A stretch of 64,000 nt of DNA from the NCBI GenBank assembly GCA_025594325.1, contig JANHCV010000011.1:1426001-1490000 (forward strand), read 5' to 3'. The translations under genes and the position numbers were made by a program. Source of the DNA: Blastocladiella emersonii ATCC 22665 (Eukaryota > Fungi > Blastocladiomycota). Shown here one piece after another: positions 23,260 to 33,317 of this stretch (the first letter of the stretch is position 1; each line of letters begins with the position of its first letter). Under the pieces are notes generated by a model. It did no database searches, was not told the DNA's origin, and saw nothing but the letters and a program-made list of their open reading frames with translations.

Positions 23260-26066
23260 TCAGGGGTTGCACTCGATCCACTTGTCCATCCACTTGGCCG
23301 ACGCCGTCATGCCCACGCGCTCGACCACGTCCTGGATCCGCTGCCGGAACCCCGCGTGGTCGCACTCGATCGACTACACGTCGCGTAAAGCAGGTTAGCA
23401 GTTGCTCGCAATCCCGCACCGGCGAGCCGAACGTACCAGCTTAGCCACGTCGACGGTACACTCGATCCCGTCGTCCGGGAGCCGCACCACCACGGTCCCG
23501 TCGTCAGCCTCCTCGACGCTGTCGTAGCTGAGCGACAGGAACTCGAGCAGGTCGGCGCGCACCGCCGCCGCGAGGTCCTCGAACGTCGGCGACGGGAACG
23601 CGGTCGAGTCGTCCTCGCACGCGGGGATCGGGTCGAGCTGGTTGTCGGCAGCTGGCAGCTGCTCTGTCGCAGGAACGGTCTCGGTCTTGACTACGGCGGG
23701 CTCGGACTTGGCACCGTCAGTTGCTGCGTCATCGTTCGACGCCTCGCTGATGTGTACGTCGCCGTCGGCATCCACCGCGGGCTTGACATCGGCCGCAGGC
23801 GCCGCGCGATGGTGGTGGCGGTGCTGGTGCCCGTGGCCGCACGTCTTGGACTGGCCCGAGCTCGTCACTACGCACGCGCAAAAGTCAGCTCCGCCCGCGA
23901 AACCCGGATAATAAACCCAAACGTACTCTTGACAGCGACCGGCGACGACTCGACGTGCAGGAGGACGGCGAGGACCGAGTCGGCGATCACGTCGTTGACG
24001 GGGTTCCCGATCCACTCGACAATCAGCTCGCGGCGGTTGCCCGGCGCGTACGAGACGGTGACCACGTCGCACACGCGCACCGCCGACTTGGACGGCTTGC
24101 CCTCGGGCGACGCGACTTGTTCGAGGTCCTCGGGGAACACGACGCCGAGGTGCCACACGACGAGCTCCCACGTCGCCGACTCGAGCGGCACGTACTGGCG
24201 CATGTGGATCGTCGCGGGCCGCAGGTCCGTGAGCTCGCGCAGCTCGTCGACGGCGACCAGGTGGTAGTGGAAGTCCTTGGCAACGACGAGGCCCTGCACG
24301 ACGAGGCCCGCGGTCGACGACGAGGAGCCGTCGGAACCGGTGCCGCCGATCAGGCCCGTGGTGATCTGGCCGAGCGCGCGCGCGTACTTCTCGCCCTTGA
24401 AGTGCAGGCTGACGCGCTCGGCGTTCTTGGGCGCGTGGATCTTGGGCGCCGACTCGGGGTTCTCCTCCTGCTGCCACGCGGCGTGCAGGGCGTTGCGCAG
24501 GCGCGTCATCATGTTGGTCTCGCCGTGGACGAGGATCAGGTGGGACGGGTGCACGAGGTTGATGAACTCGCGGTTCTGCGCATAGTCGACGTGCGCGCTG
24601 AACGAGATGTAGTCGATGGAGCACCGCACGGGCAGCTTGGACCCGCTGTACGACGCAATCTCGCTCGGCTCCGACAGAATGTGCTTGCCGAGGGTGCCCT
24701 CGACGACGTAGCCCGGGATAATGAGCCCGTTTTTCTTGTCGGGGCACCACATCTCGAGCAGCTCGCGCGACAGGCCGCTCTGCAGCATGGCGGGGGCCGC
24801 GAGCATGACGCAGGGCCCGACGTCGTCGAACGAGGCCATGGAGCGGAGGTACGAGATGTGCTTGAAGACGAAGGGATTGTTGGTGGTGAACTGGCGGCGG
24901 ATGTGCTCGTTCATCATGTTCATGTACGTCTGGTACACGGCCATGCACTTGCGCGCGAGGTTGGACGCGTAGTAGACGGGGATGTGGTGCAGCTCCGGGT
25001 GCTCGGCCCAGTACTCGTCGAGGATGAGCAGCAGCTCCTGGGCGCGGCCGAGGGCGAAGATCGGGATCAGGCACCGGCCACCGCGCGACACGATGCTGTG
25101 GACGAGCGACGTGAAGCGGGCCTCGCGCTCGGTGCGCGGCGTGTGGTTCTGGACGCCGTACGTGGACTCGCACACGAGCACGTCGACGGCGTCGCGCGGC
25201 AGCTCGGCGCTCATCAGGTGGCGGTCCTCCTCGCGCGAGTAGTCGCCCGTGTACAACACGCGCACGCCGGCGATCTCGATCTGGAACATGGCGGCGCCGA
25301 GCACGTGGCCGGCGTTGTAGGCGGTGAAGCGCACGCCCTCGACCTCGACGACCTGGTGGAAGTCGATGGCTTCGATGCGGTCGTAGGCGCTCTGCAGGTC
25401 GTGCTCGTCGTACGGCATGTCGTCGGCCGACGACGCGGACACGCGCACGTAGTCGGACAGCATCCAGCGGAAGATGGCCTTGGTCGGGTGCGTCATGAAC
25501 ACGCGGCCGCGGAACGTGGTCTTCTCCATGAGGTACGGCAGCGACGCGCAGTGGTCGATGTGGAAGTGGGTGATGAGCACGAGGTCGATCTCGGCCGGGT
25601 CGATCTCGTCGAAGAAGGGGAGCGCGCCGAGCCCATTGTATGCTGGATGGGCGCCGCAGTCGAGCTACGCGTGGAAGCGGGGGGCGATCGTGTTACTGAC
25701 GGGTCAACACAGAAAGAGTAACGAAAGGGGACATGTATTGAGTCGAGGTTGGGGACAAGTGCGGTAGAGAGACGATACCATGAGAGTCTTCCCCTTGAAC
25801 TAGAGTGGCCGATGCGTGGTTCGCGGCGGTTAGTCTGGTGCGCGACCGAGGCAGCAAGACGAGCATCGAACCTTAAGGACGTGGCACGAGCGGCCGACCT
25901 CGGACCCGGCGCCAATGGGCGTAAAGTACATCATCTCCTCCTCACGCATCCGGGCGCCCGTCGATGGTGGCGGCGAGCCGATGGCGGGCATGGGCTTCAT
26001 GGGCGGGGCAGCAGGTAGCCCAGGTCCATTTGATGACATTGCGGTAAGTGGTTTCTTGATATCCAT
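23260..26066 (-). CDS. YSH1: Pre-mRNA 3'-processing endonuclease CPSF73 (metallo-beta-lactamase/beta-CASP)
   Basis: IGAGSEVGRSC, THFHIDH, AGHVLGAAMF, YTGDYSREEDRHL, ESTYG, FALGRAQELL, FSAH. Confidence 0.96.
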
Positions 26067-26287
26067 GGCGATGAGTGTCGGGGAAGACGTTGAAGGGAGC
26101 GCGAGGCGACTCGACCTCGGAGGCGCGAAGTAGCGGAAAGTGAACACACGCGGCAATGACACGAGTGACGGGCCGTGCGGTGGTCTGGCAGGCAACGTGG
26201 CGCCGCCCGCGCCTTCCGGGGCACCGGAAGCGGAGCTGCCACCGCAACCAGTCCTCGCTCCCTCGGCTCGAATTCTAAATCAACACC

Positions 26288-28040
26288 ATGGTAACGCGAA
26301 TGGATAACTCATGGAATTATGGCGAAACTTATCCGAGGGACCGGCGCCTGTAGTCGTCCCGTGTACCCGACGGCTGCACCCTCGTGAGGGCGCAGGACAG
26401 GCGAACGCTCGCGACCTTTTACGATGTCAGACCGGATTCTACCCTTGGTGCACCGTCGAAACAGCTGTGCGAACTGCTCGTCGGTTCTAATCACCCGTGT
26501 GGGTCTTCGCTGTGGAAGAAGCTGGGTGGAGTGCGACTGCGCGGGTGTATCGGCTTCCAGGTGGCCGAGGACGTCGTGTACACCTGTTCCAGCGATAGCG
26601 GACAGCTCGAATCGACTCCGGTACTCTTGAGCTCTCAATCCACGGACGTGCAGTCGCGCCCCGCCCCACTCATCATCAACGACCTCGGAAAACCGCCTTC
26701 TGCCTGGTGGGTCCCGACCCAACCGTGCACAAACGACATCTGCGGCCCCGGTCAGTCCTGGTACCAGCGCGCTATCTCGGAAAGAGCAGGCGCAGAAAGC
26801 TTCCTTCACGGATGCCTCTTCGCCGATGCCAGCAGCACCGTTCCCTCTGCCTGCGTTTGGGCTTCACATCGGGAAAAAGACCCACGTGTCCTCTACTCTA
26901 CGACCTGTATCCACAACAATGTCAACTACACGACGCTTGAGAGCATTGTCGATGCGCTCGTTCCGGAAGTCAAACTTGCCGCGGCGCCCACTTCGCCCAT
27001 GGCCCCCTCCGCCACGGACGATACCAACGGCTCGCTTTCACCGCCATCTGCCTCACCCACTCCCCAACCGAGCTCCAGCTCGGCCGTTCCCGTAATTGTG
27101 GCTTCGCTCGCTGGGGTACTTGGCCTCTTCGCGGTACGTGTCCCATCGCTGCTGCATGTGCTCCGAACTCACGGTATCAACGCCGTTCCTCTAGCTCGTC
27201 GCCCTCTTCTTCGCTTTCCTCCGTCGTCGCTCCAAAAAGGATGATGAGCGCCGCCGCCGCGCCGAGTCGCTCATGGCTGGCCCCATCAACGACTCGACCA
27301 CCGACGACCACACCGTCGTCAACGTTGCCGGATCGTCGCGTGCGGGTCCTGGCTCGTTGGCCGGCTCGCCCGCCGTGTTCGCTGGTTCACTGACCGGCTC
27401 GCCCGCCGTACGTGCTGGTTCGCTGGCCGGCTCACCCGCCTTGCTCGCGAAACCGCTTCCCGCGACACCGTACTTTGACATCACCCAGCTCGACTCCATC
27501 ATCGTGCCTTCCGCTGCGGTGCCGGTTTCGCCCAATGGCGATCTATTCGATGACAACTCGCTCCAGGTCCTCGCCGACGAGTGGGAATCGCTCTTCAACC
27601 GCCTCGAACACGTCGCAACTCGCTCGCTTCCGCTTACTACGCCGGTCTCGCCCCATGCTTCTGCCGAGGAGATGCTTGTGCGCACGGCCGAGTTCCGCGC
27701 TCGTCGCGCGCGCCACGTCGAGGACCTCTCGTCGGCCGTCTGGACGAGTCTGGCGCGACCGCCGCCCGAGGGCGACCGCTTTGGCCGCGAAGTGCTCGAG
27801 CTCGCGAACGCCATGCGTGACGTGCTTGCCCGACTTCAGCCTCGGTACCCATCGATTGCCCTCGCACACGTCTTGGCACACTCTCCGTTGCAGACGCTCC
27901 CGCACACGGCCTACACCGTGTACTTTGACGCGTCCGGCTCGTCCGGCGAATCGGCGAACGTCATCAGCTGCCCGTTCCCTGGGTGGATCGACCAAAAGTC
28001 TGGCAAGGTCGTAATCCGCCCTCGCATCACCGTCGATTGA
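26288..28040 (+). CDS. Single-pass membrane protein, family member C; introns 26291-26353, 27134-27194
   Basis: ATG|gtaacg..ctgtag; LCELL..HPC..LW..RGCIG, SFLHGCL, ACVW; TM VIVASLAGVLGLFA|LVALFFAFL then RRR; SLQVLADEWESLF, PFPGW..GKV. Confidence 0.8.
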
Positions 28041-28632
28041 CCTTCGACGCGCGCGTGCGCTTCGTATGTGTTCCTCACATAGAATAACACAGTTTTTGAT
28101 TTTCTGTTCGTTCACATGAGGTCCTAGTTGTGCTCCCATAGTCAAGTCCATCCTTGGTACCATGACGGTATCCCCCGATTCGAAGGAACCCATTGATCTA
28201 TTTTTCTCCGCGCACATCACGTTATAATCCGTCTGCCTTTGCGTCGCTTCTGAGAAACTAAGTACAGCGACCTCTAAGACCGTGAGTGTTCATCCCTGCC
28301 CCGAGCACTAGGAAATGATCGACGCGAGACGCGTCGCGAAAAGGCGTGACATCACGCGAAACGCGTCGGCATCGCGCGAGACGTGCGAGACATTTTCGCT
28401 TCACGCGTCTGGCACCGCTAGCCGGCATGGAACAACGGAGAACAACAAAGGTATCCCATGCAGCTCCTGGAAACCCCCTGGCAAGGCGTTTGCGATGGTA
28501 TTCGAACGGTGTGCTGGGGGACGTCGTGCTACCGCGATTGCCCCGGGACTCTGCTTCTCCTGAGCGTCCTCGCTTTCTGATCGTCCTCCGGATCTCCTGT
28601 ACTGCAATGCAACTTACCGCAAACTCTGCCCA

Positions 28633-31600
28633 ATGAATCCATCATCTATACCACGCGCGATGGGCGGTGGCGGAACGGCGGCCGATCGATCGAACTCGGG
28701 CGGCCAGCGAGTCAACGTCAAAAACGCGCTGCGCGTGAATGCCCTCGAGTCTTCGCTGTTCAGCGTCGCCTACATCACGACGCAGGACAACAACCTGTCC
28801 CCGCTACTCGAGTGGGCCATCACGGTCCGTTGTACCAGAGCCGGAAACCCGCCGATCGCCAACTCACACGCACGCCTTTAGATACTCGAGGATATCCAGC
28901 TCCTCTCCTTCTCGTGGTCAAAGCATCTTCATCATGAAATCCACTGGATTGTTCCGGCCATCGTCGAGCCGGTGCGCTTCCTCAACACCTACGCCAACTT
29001 CTCGGCCGCGAACGTTGTCGCACTCGTCGTGATTGCGCTCTTCGTGTCCCTCCTCGTCGGCGTGAGCTTGCTCATGTCACGACGCGTCAAGATTCCGACT
29101 TCCGTCCTCCAGTCGCTTCGTATCATTTCGCTCCTACTCATGACCGTGTGCAGCATCCCCGCCACGAGCCTGCTCGTCGGTGGCCTGCACTGCATCAACG
29201 GCGTCGTTCCCGAGTTTGGCGTCTCCTGCACGGGACCGACGCACCTTCCGCTCCTCGTCCTCGACATCCTCGCGTTCGTGGTGTTTTCGCCGCTGATCAT
29301 CATCAGCAGCCTCGTGGTACGTCACATCTCTTCAATCCGGTCCCCAAACCCTGCTCACCCGCGCTCGTTTATTTGTTTTGTTTGTTTTTTGTAGTTCATT
29401 GATTCGTCGCCCACGAGCGAGAGCCCGCTGGCTCGTTCACACGGCCGACTCGACATGCAGGCCACCATGATACGGATCCTCTTCGTGTTTCTTGAATACT
29501 TTATGGCCGACGTCGGCGACTGGGGTCCGTGGGTCTACATGATTCTCGTCACGGCCGGCCTGTACCGCCTTGCCTTCCAGTTCGCCCGCATCCAGCCCTA
29601 CTACAACGAGCACATGACGTGTATGCGGTCCGGCTTCGCGTCCGCTGGCGCCACGTCGACGTTCGTGACCTTCACCATCCACCTGGCCGGCGAGCCTGAC
29701 GGGGCCTGGGTCGCTGTCTTCCCGGCCGCCGCCGTCGGCTTCATCGCTGGTTTCGTCGCCTCGCGCTGGTACATTGCCCACTACTTCAGCCGCACCATCC
29801 AGCACTGGTTCCGCATCACTAAGGAGCAGCTCGGCTCCGCTCCGCCCAACCAGCCGCCGGTGATGAAGCGGCGGAGCAGCGTGGCGGGTTTCTTTGACGA
29901 CTGGTATGCGTCGCACCCTCGGTCCAAGGTCGCGGCCAACGACATGCTTCCGGCCATGTCGCTCAGCCCGCCGACGCTCGACCACATGCCCAAGGCCAAT
30001 GATTCGATCGACATGAACGGTGGCCGCGTGGTCAAATCGGCGCTCCTCGACGGGACGAGCATGGACGTGATCAACCTCGCCCGGCAACGGCAGCACAAGA
30101 AGCGCAGTCATGTCTTTGACTCGCCCCTCCAGGTACGATCCCCGGTGCGCAACAATGTGGGCCCACTAACCTGACTCTCGTTCCTGCCGTGTAGGTCGAA
30201 GTCTGTGCGTCGCTGACCTTGGTACATCCACAACTCCGTGTTCACTCACGCACTGTTCCTGTTCCTTAGGCATTCGGTTTGTCCGATCCAACCCGACGCC
30301 GCAACAAGTCGCCCTCGGTCTGGAACTGCTCGACAGGGGACTCGAGGAGAACCCACGCGATCCTCTCCTCCTCCTTCAGGCCAGCACGTACTTTGCGTCG
30401 TTTTACGGCGTCGAGGGCCAGCTCGCGTCGCAGGAGCTCATGCGGCAGCTGCAGCAGAGTCGGCGATCGGTGCCGCTCGACGTCAAGTTCCAGCTGTTCT
30501 CTCGCGAGCGCTCGGCGCGCAGCCGCGGCGAAGGTATCCTCGACCAAACCGCGATCGAAGTACTTAGTCACCAGGCCCGCCTGTACCACCTGCGCGCCAT
30601 GTACACGGTCCGCGACTTCTTCGAGTCGATCCGCGTCGCGACGTCCATCAAGCAGCTGTCGCGCGTCACGGCCCAGCTCGCCGAGTACCAGTACAACGCG
30701 TCCGAGTCCTACACGCGTCTTCTCGCCCGCAACTCGCGCGACAAGAACATCCTCCGCAGCTACGCCCAGTTCCTCACGCAGGTCGAGGCTGACACGGCTC
30801 GCGCGACGCAGATTCTCGAGTTTGCCGAGGAGGGTACGAAGCAACCGTGCTCCCACCACGTACGATCCGAATTACTCACACATCCCATCCGTTACTAGTC
30901 GAGGCCACCGAGGCCAGGCATCATTCGCGTCTCGACAACGGCGGTGGCGGGCTCGCGGGCATGGCCGGTTCGCCTTCCTCGCAGCTCTCGCCATCACCGC
31001 ACGGCCTGTCGCCGATGCACGCGCTCAACCTGTCCGCCGCCCAGGACGATCAGTCGCCCATGGCGCCCATCAAGGCCGACCCGGAGCTGCACCTCGCCAA
31101 CGGTCGCCACATGACCGTTTCTGAGACGTCGCTCTCCGCCAACTCGCCCGACTCGACCAGACGCGAGCGCCGTGTATCGTCGGGCCCCGTGTCGTTTGAC
31201 GACGCGCTCAACGCCGTCGGCAAGGCGCCGCTCAACCGCGTGCCGTCCGAGGCCCCCATGATGCGCGACGATAGCTTTCCGGGCGGTCCGCCGGGCGCGC
31301 CGCGCGTTGTCCTCGGCGGCGGATCGCAGACTTCGGGCACGTCGGCGAGCCGCGCGCAGCGACAGCGGATCCAGGCGCGCCGCGTGCTGACGGAGCGCAT
31401 CGCCAAGCCGCTCGGGCGCGCGTGGGAGGTGGTCGGGTCGACCGCCGTCTTCCTCGGCTGCCTCTCGGCGGGCTTCGTGATCTGCCTCAACTTCCTTCAG
31501 CAGACGGGCGTGGTCCTCGACCGATACACGACGATGCGGTCCGCGCGCACCGCCATGCTCTTGATTGTCGAGGCGATGCGCTCGATGATCTACGCGTCGT

Positions 31601-33220
31601 ATACCAACAGTCCGGTGCGGTACCAGGCGGCCCTCAAGACGCTGAACGTGTCGGGCCTCCAGCCCGCTTTCCAGGTTCTCCCGTCCATGGCGCAGTGGAC
31701 CGCCAAGTGGACCGTCCAGCCGCCCGTGTACCGCATGATGAAGTCGATCGTCATGGGCAACACCACCGACTACGTCCCGCTCGACATGATGCCGATGGAC
31801 GCCTTCAAGGCCGTGATCCAGGCCGGCAACCGCGCCATCAACTTCACGGCGCCGCTCTCGCTCACGTACCTCGAGTTCAACTCCAACGCCGACACGCGCT
31901 TCATCGCCGAGAACATCTTCAACGTATTCGACGCAGTCCGCACCCTGTCGCAGTCCATGGTCGAGTACCGCCTCCTGGTCGCCAACTCGTTCTCGGTCAT
32001 GATGACGTGCCTCGGAGTGACGCTGGTCGCGCTGGTCGCGCTGGCCGTCGTCGTCTACTACTTTGTCTTCCACCAGTTCTTTGCGCGCGAGGACCGTGTC
32101 CTGCAGCTCCTGCGCGCGCTGCCCAAGCGCGCCGCTTCGACCATCGTCACGTCGCTCGAGGAAGAGATCGAGTCGTTCCGCGAGGTCACGGACGGCGGCG
32201 ACGACGAACTCAGCAACCTCGACGTGCGCGCTGTCAGCATCGACCGCGAGACGGGCGCCGCGCAGCCGCATCGGTCCCGTTATTATCTGTTTATGACCGC
32301 CGCCGGATCGCTGCTCGTCGGTCTCGCCGTCCTCTTCATGTTCCTCGTGACGCTGCAGTACGCTTTCTTGTTGCCCCCTCTGCATCGCCTCCAGTTGACC
32401 AACTGACACGCGTGTTCCTCAGATCGACCTCGGTGCAGATGGACATGGACCGCCTGATCAAGACCAGCGACCGACGACTCTTTGTGATTTCGGTCCGGAT
32501 CATGGGGAACGAGTTCCTGATGCCGGCCGACCAGGTCCTGACCGCCGGTGCGTCACGCTCGGTCAAGTACGCTGTCCGAGCTTTGCTGACCTCCCGCTCG
32601 CCCATGTAGACATGGGGCTGCAGTACTGCCGCAGCGGCCTCTACGACTTCAAGACCCTCCACACTGCGCTGATCAACGATCCCGACGGCCTGTCCACCAC
32701 GTTCCCGTCCATGACGGTGTTCCCGCGCGATTGGAGCAAGCCGCCCGCCATCGTCGAGCAGCCGGACATCGGGTTCACCAAGGCGACGGCCTCGGTCCCG
32801 CTCAACCAGCAAATGGACCAGTTTCTCGACGTGGCCACGCGGGCGGTCAACGGCATGGCCCTCGGCCTGAGCAACGACCCGACCCAGCGCCGCGATTGGG
32901 CTCTAGCCACGGCGCTGTCGTACGACGTCCAGAACCGGCTCATCGACCTGCACACGGCGATCCGCGACGTCATGGCCAACACGGTCGCGACCACCGTGGC
33001 CCAGTGCATCACGATGTTCGCCGTCACGCTGGCCGTGCTGGCCGTGTGGGCCGCGGCCGCGGCGTGGTTCGGCGCGCGACGGCTGCGGCGCGAGGCGAGG
33101 ACGCTGGCCACGCTCCTGTACCTGATCCCGCCGGCTATGCTCAAGGAGGTGCCCGAGGTCGCCAAGCTCATCGACTCGGCGGGCATCACGCTCGAGTTCT
33201 CCTCTGGCCGCGTCGACTAG
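28633..33220 (+). CDS. TmcB/TmcC-like multi-pass membrane protein with TPR-like helical region; multiple introns
   Basis: N-terminal TM bundle (LEDIQLLSFSW...RFARIQPYY), LDVKFQLFSRER, YTRLLARNSRDKNILRSYAQFL, S..SGTS linker, further TM pairs, LYLIPPAMLKEVPEV end. Confidence 0.75.
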
Positions 33221-33317
33221 CTCACGCAGAAGGTGTGATAGATGTAAGGCAATAGACAAAATTCTAACATTCACTCGTTCGTAATACCGCTCTCAACACC
33301 GACCAGCAACAACTAAC

